Part shown: one piece after another, positions 30,662 to 41,369 of the stretch | How the letters are laid out: each line of letters begins with the position of its first letter | Position numbering within the stretch: position 1 is the stretch's first letter | Translations under genes and position numbers: made by a program | NCBI GenBank assembly: GCA_038207335.1 | Contig: JBBQZX010000027.1 | Span: 1 to 64,000 of the forward strand | DNA from: Chthoniobacterales bacterium | Lineage (GTDB): Bacteria > Verrucomicrobiota > Verrucomicrobiia > Chthoniobacterales > Chthoniobacteraceae | Reading direction: 5' to 3' | Length of the DNA: 64,000 nt | Notes under the pieces: generated by a model | The model's input: the letters and a program-made list of their open reading frames with translations, nothing else | Databases searched by the model: none | Told to the model about the DNA's origin: nothing

Positions 30662-31573
30662 CTACCAGCGCGCCGCCGCGAACTCGCTCGGACTCACCTT
30701 GAGCACGCGCTTGAAGTGCCGCGCCATGTGACTCTGGTCGGAAAAACCGCACTCGCGGGCGATCGCCGCGAGGTTCCACTCGCGCCCTTTTGCGCGGATC
30801 AATTCCTGTGCGCGATCGACTCGCAGACGGATGAGGTAGTCGTGAGGCGGATGCCCCGTCGCGGCCTTGAACTGGCGCGCAAAGTGAAACGGACTTACGC
30901 CCGCGACTTCCGCGAGTTCCTCGAGCGCGAGTGAGTCGCCGAGCCGCTGGCGCATCAGTTCCACCACTTTTAAAACCGCAACTGGCGGTGCGGCTTGGGC
31001 GGGTTTCGTTCCGCGAAGGTGATCGAATTCGCGCAAAAGCAACACCGCGATCGTGCGCGCGATTCCTTCCGCGGCCAACGCGGAGCCGGCCAGAGCATCG
31101 AGTTCGCGGCCGAGCTGCTGCATGAGCGCGCAGGCGGGATGAGAGGTCGTGAGTTTGCGATTGTTCGTCTCAGCGGGAATCGCCATCGAAGCTCCGAGTT
31201 CGGCGGCGATGCGCTCGAAGAACCACGGCTGAAAACCGAGCATCAGCACGCGGACTTCACCTTTCCAGCGGAACGCGACGCGATGGCCCGCAGGCGTGAA
31301 TCTTCCATCGCCAGCGGCGTAGCGGACCGTCTCGACTTTCTTCCCGAGAAGGACTTCCGATTCGAGCGGGCGGAGAAAGCTATAAAAAACATGCTGCCGG
31401 ATTCCGGTTGGGTAGTTGACCTCGCCTGAGTTTCCACGCCGCTCCTGAACGATTATTCCCGGCCAGCCGACTGAGCGCCGGACGACCGTGATCGACGCCG
31501 GGACATACGTCTCCATATCGACGGGAGGCAAGCTGGAGTGAGGCTTCACGGGCCGCGATTGTTTCCTGCTCAT
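30662..31573 (-). CDS. AraC family transcriptional regulator
   Basis: LEELA..AGVSPFHFARQFK...IARECGFSDQSHMARHFKR. Confidence 0.95.
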   Translation of the reverse strand: MSRKQSRPVKPHSSLPPVDMETYVPASITVVRRSVGWPGIIVQERRGNSGEVNYPTGIRQHVFYSFLRPLESEVLLGKKVETVRYAAGDGRFTPAGHRVAFRWKGEVRVLMLGFQPWFFERIAAELGASMAIPAETNNRKLTTSHPACALMQQLGRELDALAGSALAAEGIARTIAVLLLREFDHLRGTKPAQAAPPVAVLKVVELMRQRLGDSLALEELAEVAGVSPFHFARQFKAATGHPPHDYLIRLRVDRAQELIRAKGREWNLAAIARECGFSDQSHMARHFKRVLKVSPSEFAAARW

Positions 31574-31635
31574 GCGAAAATGCGAGCACAGCGGGCGGGT
31601 TGCGCCCGGGGCAGGGCTCGGCGAGTCTCGCGCTT

Positions 31636-34600
31636 GTGAAAATCCGATTCCTCCCTCGGCTCCGTGTTCTATTTCCGCCGATCATCTTCGTGCTTACCGG
31701 AGGAGCGTTCGCTGCGGAGATCGATGTGAGCAAACTGCCGGTCGCGGCGGCGGCGTTCGACTTTCAAAAAGACATCCAGCCGCTGCTGGAAAATGCGTGC
31801 GTGCGGTGTCACGGCGCGGAAAAGCAGAAGGGGGGGTTTCGCATCGATACGCGCGCCGGGCTGATGAAAGGCGGCGAGGATGGGAAGGCGATCGTGGAGG
31901 GGCAGTCGGCTGCTAGCCCGCTCATTCACTACATCGCGCGGCTGGTGGAGGATCTGGAGATGCCTCCGAAAAAAGAGGATGCGCTGAAGCCGGAGCAGAT
32001 CGGCGTGCTGCGCGCGTGGATCGACGACGGCGCTAAATGGCCCGCCGAGCTGACGCTCGCGTCGCCGAAACGCGCGGGCGATGGGCCGGACAAGCGCGAG
32101 TATTGGGCATTCAAACCGCCGGTGCGTGCCGCGCTGCCCGCGGTGAAAAACGCGGCGTGGGCGCGCGAGCCGATCGACAGTTTCGTCCTCGCGAAACTCG
32201 ACTCCGAAAATCTTACGCCGTCCGCGGAGGCCGATAAAACCACGCTTTTGAGGCGACTGAGCCTCGATCTCGTCGGGCTGCCGCCGACGATTTCGGAGGT
32301 CGATGAGTTCCTAGCCGATGCTTCGCCGGATGCGTATCGAAAGCAGGTCGAGCGGCTGCTCGCGTCGCCGCACTACGGAGAGCGGTGGGCGCGCGACTGG
32401 CTCGACGCGGCGCGATACGCCGACAGCGACGGCTACGAAAAGGACAAGCCGCGCGTCGCGCATTTTTACCGCGACTGGGTGATCGACGCGTTCAATCGCG
32501 ACCTGCCTTACAGCGAATTTGTGATCGAGCAATTGGCTGGCGATCAGCTTCCCAATGCGACTCAGGAGCAGATCGTGGCGACGGGATTTCTCCGCAACTC
32601 AATGATCAATGAAGAGGGCGGCGCGGACCCGGAGCAGTTTCGGATGGAGGCGATGTTCGACCGGATGGAGGCGGTGGGGAAAAGCGTGCTCGGGCTCACG
32701 ATTCAGTGCGCGCAGTGCCACGACCACAAATACGATCCGATCTCGCAGCATGAGTATTTCCGGCTCTTCGCGTTCCTAAATAACGACGACGAATCGCAGC
32801 CGCTCGTCTTCACGCCGGAGGAGCAGATGCGGCGCGCGGATGTGCTGCGGCAGGTCGGCGAAATCGAGGCGGAGCTGGCGCACGAAAATGCGGATCGGAT
32901 CGCGGCGTGGGAGGATGAATGGAAGCAGCGCGCGCAGCCGGAGTGGCGCGTGATTCAACCGATCGTCGAGGACATTTCGACCGGCGGGCAGCGGTATTTG
33001 CCACAGGCGGACGGGTCGTTCATCGCCGCGGGCTATCAGCCGACGAAGCACGAGGCGAAGATGACGATGAAGCTGCCGGATGCGAAGGGGATCACGGCGT
33101 TTCGACTCGAGGTGATGAACGATGCGAACCTGCCCGCGCAGGGGCCGGGGCGGTCGCATCTCGGGACGTTTGGGCTTACGGAATTCAAGGCCGAGGCGAG
33201 CGGAGCGGATGGCAGGATGCAGGCCGTGAATTTTTCAAAGGCGGTCGCCGACCTCGAGCCGGCGCCGGAGACGCCGGTGCGGCGGGAATTCAATGAGAAA
33301 GAGCCGAAGCATCGAGTGATCGGACCGGCGAGTTACGCGATCGATGGGAACGAAGAGACTGCTTGGTCGAACGACGTCGGGCCGGGGCGGCGCAATCACG
33401 CGTGCGTCGCAATTTTCACCACGGAGAAGCCGGTTGCGAATGACGGCGACGGAACGCTCACGATCAAGCTGACGCAGAAGCACGGCGGGTGGAACTCGGA
33501 CGATTTGCAGGGGGATAATCTCGGGCGTTTTCGCATCGCGGTCACGACTGCGAGCGATGCGGATCGCGACTTGATTGCTCCCACTGCGCGCGAGGCGATG
33601 GCCGTGCCGCGGGAGCAGCGCGATGCGTCGCAGAAACACGCGATTTTCGCCGCATGGCTCGCCGCGCAGCCGGAGCAAAAGGATGCGCGCGCCGCGATCG
33701 ACGCCCTGTGGAAGCAGTATCCAGAGGGGACGACGCAGCTCGTGCTTTCGGAGCGCACGAAGCTCCGCGAGACGCACATGCTGAAGCGTGGCGACTGGCT
33801 GAAGCCCGCGCGCGTCGTGACGCCGAACGTGCCGGCGATCCTGAATCCACTGCCTGCGAATGCGCAGGCGACGCGGCTGACTTTTGCAAGATGGCTGGTC
33901 GATCCGAAAGCGCCGACGACCGCGCGGGTCTTCGTGAATCGCGTGTGGCAGCATTATTTCGGGACGGGAATCGTGGCGACGCCGGAGGATTTCGGGACGC
34001 AGAGCGAGGCGCCGTCGCACCCGGAATTGCTCGACTGGCTGGCGTGCGAATTCATGGGGAGCGGCTGGAGCGTGAAGCATTTGCAGCGGCTCATCGTGAA
34101 CTCCGCGACGTATCGGCAGTCGTCGCGCACGACGCCGGAGATCATCGAGCGCGATCCCTACAATCGGCTGCTCGCGCGCGGGCCGCGGTTTCGGGTCGAA
34201 GGCGAAATCGTGCGCGACATTCAGCTCGCCGCGAGCGGCTTGTTGAATCCCGAAATCGGCGGACGCAGCGTGATGCCGCCCGCGCCCGCGTTTTTGTTTC
34301 AGCCGCCGGCGAGCTACGCGCCTTTCCCGTGGATCGAGGAGAAGGACGGCGAGCGATACCGCCGCGCAATCTACACGTATCGCCGCCGCACGACGCCGTA
34401 TCCGATGTTGCAGGCATTCGACACGCCGGAGGGGAATGTCTCGTGCATCCGCCGGAGTCGCTCGAACACGCCGCTGCAGGCGCTGATGACTTTGAACGAA
34501 ACGCTCGCGGTTGAGGCTGCTCGCGCGCTGGCGCGGCGGACGCTGGAGGAAGGCGGGAGCAGCGATTCCGCGCGGATCGAGTACGGCTTTCGGCGCTGCC

Positions 34601-34824
34601 TCAGTCGCGCGCCGAGCGATGCAGAACGCACCGCGCTTTTGGAAGTCATCGCAAAACAAACCGCGCGCATTTCCGCGGGCGGCGTGCGCGCGGAGGAGGT
34701 CGCAAGCGGGAAAAACGAGCCGCTCGCCGAGCTTCCGGCTGGCACGACGGCAGCGCAATTCGCCGCCTACACGGTCGTCTCGCGCGTGTTGCTGAACTTG
34801 GACGAAATGATCACAAAGGAGTAG
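31636..34824 (+). CDS. PSD1 / planctomycete cytochrome C domain protein (DUF1549 + DUF1553)
   Basis: CVRCH and CAQCH haem motifs; [39 protein letters not shown]. Confidence 0.92.
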   Translation: MKIRFLPRLRVLFPPIIFVLTGGAFAAEIDVSKLPVAAAAFDFQKDIQPLLENACVRCHGAEKQKGGFRIDTRAGLMKGGEDGKAIVEGQSAASPLIHYIARLVEDLEMPPKKEDALKPEQIGVLRAWIDDGAKWPAELTLASPKRAGDGPDKREYWAFKPPVRAALPAVKNAAWAREPIDSFVLAKLDSENLTPSAEADKTTLLRRLSLDLVGLPPTISEVDEFLADASPDAYRKQVERLLASPHYGERWARDWLDAARYADSDGYEKDKPRVAHFYRDWVIDAFNRDLPYSEFVIEQLAGDQLPNATQEQIVATGFLRNSMINEEGGADPEQFRMEAMFDRMEAVGKSVLGLTIQCAQCHDHKYDPISQHEYFRLFAFLNNDDESQPLVFTPEEQMRRADVLRQVGEIEAELAHENADRIAAWEDEWKQRAQPEWRVIQPIVEDISTGGQRYLPQADGSFIAAGYQPTKHEAKMTMKLPDAKGITAFRLEVMNDANLPAQGPGRSHLGTFGLTEFKAEASGADGRMQAVNFSKAVADLEPAPETPVRREFNEKEPKHRVIGPASYAIDGNEETAWSNDVGPGRRNHACVAIFTTEKPVANDGDGTLTIKLTQKHGGWNSDDLQGDNLGRFRIAVTTASDADRDLIAPTAREAMAVPREQRDASQKHAIFAAWLAAQPEQKDARAAIDALWKQYPEGTTQLVLSERTKLRETHMLKRGDWLKPARVVTPNVPAILNPLPANAQATRLTFARWLVDPKAPTTARVFVNRVWQHYFGTGIVATPEDFGTQSEAPSHPELLDWLACEFMGSGWSVKHLQRLIVNSATYRQSSRTTPEIIERDPYNRLLARGPRFRVEGEIVRDIQLAASGLLNPEIGGRSVMPPAPAFLFQPPASYAPFPWIEEKDGERYRRAIYTYRRRTTPYPMLQAFDTPEGNVSCIRRSRSNTPLQALMTLNETLAVEAARALARRTLEEGGSSDSARIEYGFRRCLSRAPSDAERTALLEVIAKQTARISAGGVRAEEVASGKNEPLAELPAGTTAAQFAAYTVVSRVLLNLDEMITKE

Positions 34825-34829
34825 ACGCC

Positions 34830-36272
34830 ATGAACCACCTCGAACATTTCCAAACGCAATTGCGGCAGCAGGTTGCGCGGCGGTGGTTTTTCCGGCAGTG
34901 CGGCGTCGGGCTGGGGTCGATCGCGCTCGGATCGCTGCTGCGCGATGGGCTGATTTCATCGGCTTCAGGGGCGGGGATGCTGGAGAATCCGCTGGCTCCG
35001 AAATTGCCGCATTTCGCGGCGAAAGTGAAGCGGGTGATCTTTCTTTTTCAGGCGGGAGCGCCGAGTCATCTCGAGCTTTTCGACTACAAATCGGAACTCG
35101 TAAAATGGGACGGGAAGCTGCCGCCCGCGGAGCTGCTGGAGGGTTATCGCGCGGCGTTCATCAATCCCAACAGCACGCTGATGGCGTCGAAATACAAGTT
35201 CGACAAACACGGGCAAAGCGGGGCGGAGCTGGGCGAGTTACTGCCGCATCTGGCGGAGGTCGTGGATGACATCGCGATTGTAAAGTCGATGCAGACCGAC
35301 GCTTTCAATCACGCGCCGGCGCAGATTTTCATGAACACGGGCGCGACGCAATTTGGCCGGCCGAGCATGGGAGCGTGGACGACCTACGGGCTCGGGAGTG
35401 AGTCGCAGGATTTGCCGGGATTCGTCGTTTTTTCCACCGGTCAAAAAGGAACGAGTGGCGGAGCGAGCAATTACGGGTGCGGATTTTTGCCGACGGTTTA
35501 TCAGGGCGTGCCGTTTCGCGGGCAGGGCGATCCGGTGCTGTTTTTATCGAACCCCGCGGGCATCGACGCGACGATGCAGCGCGACACGCTCGACGCGATC
35601 AAGCAGCTCAATGAGCAGCATTTTGGGGCGGTCGGTGACCCGGAAATCGCGACGCGGATCAACTCCTTCGAGCTCGCGTATCGGATGCAGACGAGCACGC
35701 CAGACCTAATGGACATCGCGAAGGAGTCGAAGGAAACGCTCGAGATGTACGGCGCGGAGCCGGGCAAATCTTCGTACGCGAACGCGTGCCTGCTCGCGCG
35801 GCGTCTCGTCGAGCGTGGGGTGCGATTCGTGCAGATTTTCCACGAAGCGTGGGATCACCACGGCGGTTTGACGAAGGGCTTGAGGGACCAGACGGCGGCA
35901 ACTGACAAGCCGAGCGCGGCGCTCATCAAAGACCTCAAGCAGCGCGGTTTGCTCGAGGATACGCTCGTGATTTGGGGCGGGGAATTTGGCCGAACGCCGA
36001 TGGTGCAGGGCGGCAACGACGGGCGCGATCACCACCCGAATGCATTTTCGATGTGGATGGCGGGTGGCGGTGTGAAGCGCGGCATCACGCTCGGAAAGTC
36101 GGACGACTTCGGCTTCAACGCGATCGAGGACAAAGTGCACGTCCACGACCTCCACGCGACGATCCTGCATCTGCTCGGCTTTGATCACACGAAGCTCACG
36201 TATCGTTTTCAAGGGCGCGATTTTCGTCTGACCGACGTGCGCGGGGAGGTCGTGAAAAAGCTGCTCGCGTAG
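34830..36272 (+). CDS. DUF1501 family protein (Tat-exported, sulfatase-like fold)
   Basis: ARRWFF Tat-like motif; [34 protein letters not shown]. Confidence 0.9.
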   Translation: MNHLEHFQTQLRQQVARRWFFRQCGVGLGSIALGSLLRDGLISSASGAGMLENPLAPKLPHFAAKVKRVIFLFQAGAPSHLELFDYKSELVKWDGKLPPAELLEGYRAAFINPNSTLMASKYKFDKHGQSGAELGELLPHLAEVVDDIAIVKSMQTDAFNHAPAQIFMNTGATQFGRPSMGAWTTYGLGSESQDLPGFVVFSTGQKGTSGGASNYGCGFLPTVYQGVPFRGQGDPVLFLSNPAGIDATMQRDTLDAIKQLNEQHFGAVGDPEIATRINSFELAYRMQTSTPDLMDIAKESKETLEMYGAEPGKSSYANACLLARRLVERGVRFVQIFHEAWDHHGGLTKGLRDQTAATDKPSAALIKDLKQRGLLEDTLVIWGGEFGRTPMVQGGNDGRDHHPNAFSMWMAGGGVKRGITLGKSDDFGFNAIEDKVHVHDLHATILHLLGFDHTKLTYRFQGRDFRLTDVRGEVVKKLLA

Positions 36273-36337
36273 ATTTCGCGAGCGCGTGCGTGGAAGATTT
36301 GGCAAGGCGCGCGCGCGTCGCGTAGCCTCCTCAGCTC

Positions 36338-37465
36338 ATGAAAAAACTCTGCGCGATTTTCTCGCTTGCGGCGGCTTCGGTGGCGCTCGCTGTCGAGGTG
36401 CCGACGATCACCATTTCAAAAAGCGACAAGCTCAGCATCGCGGTGAACGGGCTCAGTGGAGAGGTTGCAAAAGTGCTCGAAAACGACCTCGCGATGTCGG
36501 GTTATTTCAAGATCACGCCTCCGGGCGCCTCAGGGTTTCTCGTGAGCGGGAGCGGAGGCGGGACGCTGAATGGAAAGGTCGAAGATCACGGCGGGAAGAC
36601 CGTGTTGAGCAAGTCATTCAGCGGTTCGGCGCGGAGTCAGGCGCATCAGTTTGCGGATGAAATCGTGGAGACGCTGACGGGCGCGCGCGGCATCGCAAAT
36701 ACGCGTGTGGCGTTCGTGGCGACGAAGACGGGGAAGAAGGAAATCTATCTCGCGGATGCGGATGGCGCGGGGGTTACGGAGCTGACGCACGACGGAAACA
36801 TCAGCGTCGCGCCGTGCCTCAGCCCGGATGGACGTTCGCTCGCTTACACCGGCTACAAGAGCGGCTACCCGGATGTGTACGAGATCAATCTCGCGAGCGG
36901 AGCGCGCAATCGGATCATCAAATTTCCCGGCACGAATTCTGGCGCGGCGTATTCGCCGGATGGCGGGAAAATCGCGCTGACTCTGAGCAAGGACGGCAAC
37001 CCGGAACTTTACGTCACGAGCGCGAGCGGTGGCGGCGCGCGGCGGCTCACGCGGACGCCGGGAGTCGAGTCGTCGCCGACGTGGTCGCCGGATGGCGGCG
37101 AGATAATTTACTCGAGCGACGACCGCGGCACGCCGCAGCTCTATCGCATCTCGGCGAGCGGCGGCAGCGGGCAACTCATCTCGACCGGACACGGCTACAA
37201 CACAGAGCCGAACTGGTCGCCCGATGGAAAAAGAGTGGCGTTCAATGTGCGCGAGGGCGGCGGCTTCGCGGTGGCGATTCTGGAGCTCGCGAGCGGGCAG
37301 ACGCGGCTCGTCGGCGACGGGCAGGACCCGGCTTGGGGAGCGGATTCGCGGCACCTCATTTTCGCGAGCGGCGGCGCGCTGATTTTGCTCGACGCGCAGA
37401 CGGGCCAAAAGACAACTCTCGTCAGTGGCCTCGGCAAAATCTCCGAGCCGACATGGTCCCGCTAA
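36338..37465 (+). CDS. tolB: TolB-like beta-propeller protein
   Basis: AHQFADEIV..LTG.RG, repeated WSPDG (PD40) motifs; adjacent to pal. Confidence 0.88.
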   Translation: MKKLCAIFSLAAASVALAVEVPTITISKSDKLSIAVNGLSGEVAKVLENDLAMSGYFKITPPGASGFLVSGSGGGTLNGKVEDHGGKTVLSKSFSGSARSQAHQFADEIVETLTGARGIANTRVAFVATKTGKKEIYLADADGAGVTELTHDGNISVAPCLSPDGRSLAYTGYKSGYPDVYEINLASGARNRIIKFPGTNSGAAYSPDGGKIALTLSKDGNPELYVTSASGGGARRLTRTPGVESSPTWSPDGGEIIYSSDDRGTPQLYRISASGGSGQLISTGHGYNTEPNWSPDGKRVAFNVREGGGFAVAILELASGQTRLVGDGQDPAWGADSRHLIFASGGALILLDAQTGQKTTLVSGLGKISEPTWSR

Positions 37466-37476
37466 CCTTCAAAAAA

Positions 37477-38001
37477 ATGCACCTCTCTCGTCCCCTTCGC
37501 ACCGCTTGCATCGCCACTTTGGCACTCTCGCTCAGCTCCTGCGCGAGCTGGAAAAAGGGAGGCAGTGGCAGCGGCGGCGATTACGGTGGCAGCGACAGCG
37601 ATTCGGTAAATGGGACCGCGCTGCCCGATCGGCAGGAGGGGGTCTCTTTTCTCGGCGAAAATGTGGATCGCAACAAATTCAGCCCGGTGCATTTCGGTTA
37701 CGACAGCTTTTCGGTGAGCGGGGACGAGCGCGGGAAAATTCGCGAGGTTGCGGAGTTCATGCGGAGCAGTGAGAAGTCGATCATCATCGCTGGCTTCACG
37801 GACGAGCGCGGCACGCCGGAATACAATCGTGGACTTGGCGAGCGGCGCGCGCAGGCCGTGCGGTCCGCGCTCATCTCGGCGGGCGCGGATGGCAGCCGGT
37901 TGCAGACTGTGAGCTTCGGCGCGGAGTTGCCCGTCGATTCCAGTTCGGGCGACTCCGCGTGGGCAAAAAACCGCCGCGCCGAATTCGGCGTCGTGCGGTG
38001 A
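37477..38001 (+). CDS. pal: Peptidoglycan-associated lipoprotein (OmpA-like domain)
   Basis: Lipobox LSSC; VHFGYDS, GFTDERGT.EYN..LGERRA, AKNRRAEF. Confidence 0.92.
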   Translation: MHLSRPLRTACIATLALSLSSCASWKKGGSGSGGDYGGSDSDSVNGTALPDRQEGVSFLGENVDRNKFSPVHFGYDSFSVSGDERGKIREVAEFMRSSEKSIIIAGFTDERGTPEYNRGLGERRAQAVRSALISAGADGSRLQTVSFGAELPVDSSSGDSAWAKNRRAEFGVVR

Positions 38002-38027
38002 ATCGTGTCTGAAAAACCTCCCGCGCG

Positions 38028-39134
38028 ATGACGTGGGATTATCTCATCGTCGGCGCGGGATTCGCGGGCTCCGTGCTCGCGGAGCGGCTCGCGAGCCAAT
38101 GCGGCGCGATGTGTCTCGTCATCGACCGGCGCGAGCACATCGGCGGGAATGCGTTCGACAAATTCGATGCCGCGGGCGTGCTCATCCATCCGTACGGGCC
38201 GCACTATTTCCGCACGAATTCCGATCGCATCGTCGCGTATCTCAGCCAGTTCACGGAGTGGCATCCGGTCAATTACAAAATCCTCGCGTGGACCGGCGGG
38301 CGATACTGGCAGTTCCCGATCAATCTCAACACGTTCGAGCAACTTCTTGGGCGCCCATCATCGAGCGAGGAAATGGAGGCGACGCTCGCCGAGTGGCGCG
38401 TGCCGATCGAGCGCCCGGCGAACTCCGAGGAGATCATCCTGAGCCAGGTCGGCGAGCGGCTCTACGAGATGTTTTTTAAGAGCTACACACGCAAGCAATG
38501 GCAGCGCGAACCACGCGAACTCGACGCCTCGGTCTGCGGTCGCATTCCGATTCGAACCAACCGCGACGACCGGTTTTTGAGCGAGAAATTCCAGGCTCTC
38601 CCGACGCGCGGATACACCGCAATCTTCGAGAAAATGCTCGCCCATCCTGCGATCGAAGTCCGGCTCGGGACCGACTACCGCGAAGCGCGCGCGCAGGTCG
38701 ATTTCAAGAGGTTGATTTTCACCGGCCCGATCGACGAATACTTCGATCACTGCTTCGGCCCACTGCCTTATCGCTCGCTGCGTTTCGAGCCGGAGACGTT
38801 CACGGATCGCGAGTTTTTCCAGCCGGCGATGCAGGTGAATTTTCCGAACGACCATGATTTCACGCGCATCGTGGAGATCAAGCACGCGACGGGTCAGGTG
38901 ATCCCGGCGACGACGATCGTGCGGGAGTACCCGCAGGATTTCGGTCCCGGTCGGGAGCCCTACTATCCGATCCCCGCGCCCGCCGCGCGCGCCCTCTACG
39001 AACGCTACGCGGCGCTCGCGGCGGCGGAGCCGAAGGTGACTTTCACCGGACGCCTCGCGACCTATCGCTACTACAACATGGACCAAGTCGTCGGCATGGC
39101 GCTTGCGGATTTCGAGAAGCTGCGGGCAGGGTAG
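38028..39134 (+). CDS. glf: UDP-galactopyranose mutase
   Basis: GAGFAG, HIGGN, YGPH, EPYYP, GRLATYRYYNMDQ. Confidence 0.95.
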   Translation: MTWDYLIVGAGFAGSVLAERLASQCGAMCLVIDRREHIGGNAFDKFDAAGVLIHPYGPHYFRTNSDRIVAYLSQFTEWHPVNYKILAWTGGRYWQFPINLNTFEQLLGRPSSSEEMEATLAEWRVPIERPANSEEIILSQVGERLYEMFFKSYTRKQWQREPRELDASVCGRIPIRTNRDDRFLSEKFQALPTRGYTAIFEKMLAHPAIEVRLGTDYREARAQVDFKRLIFTGPIDEYFDHCFGPLPYRSLRFEPETFTDREFFQPAMQVNFPNDHDFTRIVEIKHATGQVIPATTIVREYPQDFGPGREPYYPIPAPAARALYERYAALAAAEPKVTFTGRLATYRYYNMDQVVGMALADFEKLRAG

Positions 39135-39283
39135 CGCACGCGTCACGCGTATCGGTGGACTCGTCCCGACTCGACGAACTTTATAAACGCTGCGGTTCGT
39201 TTGCGCGCGCTGGGACAAGGCACGCGCGTTAAAAAGTTCGATTCGACGGGACGCCGATCGCAAACTTGGGACGAGTGGGCTAC
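39131..39283. repeat. REP/REPIN-like palindromic element
   Basis: GTAGCGCAC...GTGGGCTAC ends; nested inverted repeats CGTCCCG/CGGGACG and CGAACTTT/AAAGTTCG. Confidence 0.6.
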
Positions 39284-39322
39284 TCGGTGCCGGGACTCGC
39301 GCGTTAGCCGATTTTTTACGAG

Positions 39323-40117
39323 CTACGCTCCGCGCAAAAAGCCAGTGAGCGGGCTGGTAGCGGACGCGGCATCGAGACGGTCGGCAAGGCCGATGTCGAA
39401 TGCCTCGCGTCCGGCCTCCACTGCTTTTCTGAATGCCGCGGCCATTCGCGCAGGATCGTTTGCAATCGCGATTGCGGTGTTCACGAGCACGGCGGATGCG
39501 CCCATTTCCATCGCCTCCGCGGCTTGGCTCGGTGCGCCGATGCCGGCATCGACGACGACGGGTACGGTCGCCTGCTCGATAATGATCTCGATCTGCGCAC
39601 GCGTCTCGATGCCACGGTTGCTGCCGATGGGCGATCCGAGCGGCATCACCGTCGCGGCACCGACATCTTGAAGCCGCTTCGCGAGCACAGGATCCGCGTT
39701 GATGTATGGCAGGACGGTAAAGCCTTCCTTCACAAGAATCTCCGTCGCTTTCAGCGTCTCGATCGGGTCGGGTAGCAGGTATCGCGGGTCGGGATGAATC
39801 TCGAGTTTCACCCAATCCGAGATGCCCGCCGCGCGCGCTAGCCGCGCCAATCGAACCGCTTCCTCTGCGTTCATGGCGCCGCTCGTATTTGGCAAAAGCA
39901 GATATTTTTTCGGATCGATAAAATCGAGGATGTTGGCGAATGCGTCCCTTTTTCCCGACAAGTCTGCGCGGCGCAAAGCGACTGTTACGAGCTGTGTGCC
40001 GCTCGATTCCAGCGCGGAGGCCATTGCTTCGTTCGAGGAAAACTTGCCTGTGCCGAGCAGGAGCCGCGATTGGAATTCGCGCCCGGCGATGATGAGCGGC
40101 GGCGAGGAAAATAACAT
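39323..40117 (-). CDS. thiG: Thiazole synthase
   Basis: [35 protein letters not shown]. Confidence 0.97.
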   Translation of the reverse strand: MLFSSPPLIIAGREFQSRLLLGTGKFSSNEAMASALESSGTQLVTVALRRADLSGKRDAFANILDFIDPKKYLLLPNTSGAMNAEEAVRLARLARAAGISDWVKLEIHPDPRYLLPDPIETLKATEILVKEGFTVLPYINADPVLAKRLQDVGAATVMPLGSPIGSNRGIETRAQIEIIIEQATVPVVVDAGIGAPSQAAEAMEMGASAVLVNTAIAIANDPARMAAAFRKAVEAGREAFDIGLADRLDAASATSPLTGFLRGA

Positions 40118-40187
40118 GAACGCGCGACGCTAAGGACGCGGTCCCGATCGCGCAAGTTGCGTGATTTCACCAACTCCCATCTTGAGA

Positions 40188-40775
40188 ATGCGCGCCAGAA
40201 TTTTACCTTTCGTCGTGCGCGGAATCGAACCTTCATCCAGCAGTTTTGCGGGCTCGCTCCTCATTGCGCAGCCGTCGCTGGGCGATCCGAATTTCCGCAA
40301 GACCGTCCTTTTCATCTCTTCGTACGATCCGAAAGAGGGGACATTCGCGCTGATCTTGAATCGTCCGGCGGAGCGCACGGTCGGTGATGTCCTGCCGGAA
40401 AAGGAACTCGGCGTCTTGAATCGCGTGCCTGTTTTTCTCGGCGGTCCGGTCGGTGCAGATCAGCTCGTTTTTGCCGCATTCGAGTGGCATCCCGATACGC
40501 AGCGAATCGAATGCCGGCACCACCTCGGCATCGACGAAGCGCAGCAAAGCGCAGTCGCGCAAAACACGGTCGTTCGCGCATTCATCGGCTACGCGGGATG
40601 GACGAAAGGCCAGCTCGAAGCCGAACTGCAACAGAACGCGTGGCTGCTCACAAAACCGACTCCGGGCGCACTCGACATGGGCCACAGCAAGACGCTTTGG
40701 CGCGAATTGCTCAGCGGCTTCGGTCCGAAATTCCGGCTTGCCGCCGAGGCGCCTGACGACCTCTCGCGAAACTGA
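40188..40775 (+). CDS. YqgE/AlgH family protein
   Basis: LLIA.P.L.DPNF.KTV, LILNRP, GGPV, GYAGW..GQLE.E; start could instead be GTG 40215. Confidence 0.9.
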   Translation: MRARILPFVVRGIEPSSSSFAGSLLIAQPSLGDPNFRKTVLFISSYDPKEGTFALILNRPAERTVGDVLPEKELGVLNRVPVFLGGPVGADQLVFAAFEWHPDTQRIECRHHLGIDEAQQSAVAQNTVVRAFIGYAGWTKGQLEAELQQNAWLLTKPTPGALDMGHSKTLWRELLSGFGPKFRLAAEAPDDLSRN

Positions 40776-40795
40776 TTCCGGCGCACCGCTTTTCT

Positions 40796-40889
40796 AACCA
40801 CGAAGGCACGGAGGCACGAAGGGGGGAGTTTTCGCGGTCGGTGACGTGTGCTTTTTGTTCCTCTTTCGTGCCTTTGTGTCTTCGTGGTT
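40796..40889. repeat. Inverted repeat built from short 8-9 bp periodic units
   Basis: AACCACGAAGGCACGGAGGCACGAAG ... TTTCGTGCCTTTGTGTCTTCGTGGTT, between convergent genes. Confidence 0.7.
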
Positions 40890-40895
40890 TTGTTG

Positions 40896-41369
40896 TCAGG
40901 GGCGCCGGTCGGCGGAGACTTTGTCGGCGTCAGCGAATTGCTCGATGCGGACTTTGGCGGCGCCTTTTTCGACGAGACCGATGACGGTGGCGGCGTCTTT
41001 GCACAGGTCGATGGAATGGGCTCGGTGCACGCCGCGATCCGTGATGCGGACGAGGACGGAACGCGCATTGGCGAGATTCCTGACGCGGACGGTGCTGCCC
41101 ATCGGGAGGCGATCGGAGGCGGCGGTGAGTTCGCCCGGCGCGCGCTGAGCGACGCGCGAATCCTCGGCGGGATCGTACCACGTCGCAGTGCCATTTTCGC
41201 TCGAGACGACTCGCAGCTCGGGCGTGGACTTCGGGGTGGTGGGAGCGGATGCCGCCGAATTCGCAGGCGCGGGCGCGGGGGCGCGGCGGCAGGCACTGCC
41301 GACGGCGACCAGCGCAACGGCGAGGAGCAGAAATTTACCACGGATGAGAGGGTCGTGAGGGGGGGGCAT
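40896..41369 (-). CDS. RlpA-like double-psi beta-barrel lipoprotein (lytic transglycosylase family)
   Basis: Lipobox-like GSAC; GTATWY, LTAA...LPMGS.VRV.N, RITDRG, IDL. Confidence 0.82.
   Translation of the reverse strand: MPPPHDPLIRGKFLLLAVALVAVGSACRRAPAPAPANSAASAPTTPKSTPELRVVSSENGTATWYDPAEDSRVAQRAPGELTAASDRLPMGSTVRVRNLANARSVLVRITDRGVHRAHSIDLCKDAATVIGLVEKGAAKVRIEQFADADKVSADRRP

Noticed and set aside
40118..40190. TPP riboswitch upstream of thiG
   Set aside because: The intergenic space is very short and has no CTGAGA/TPP core motif.
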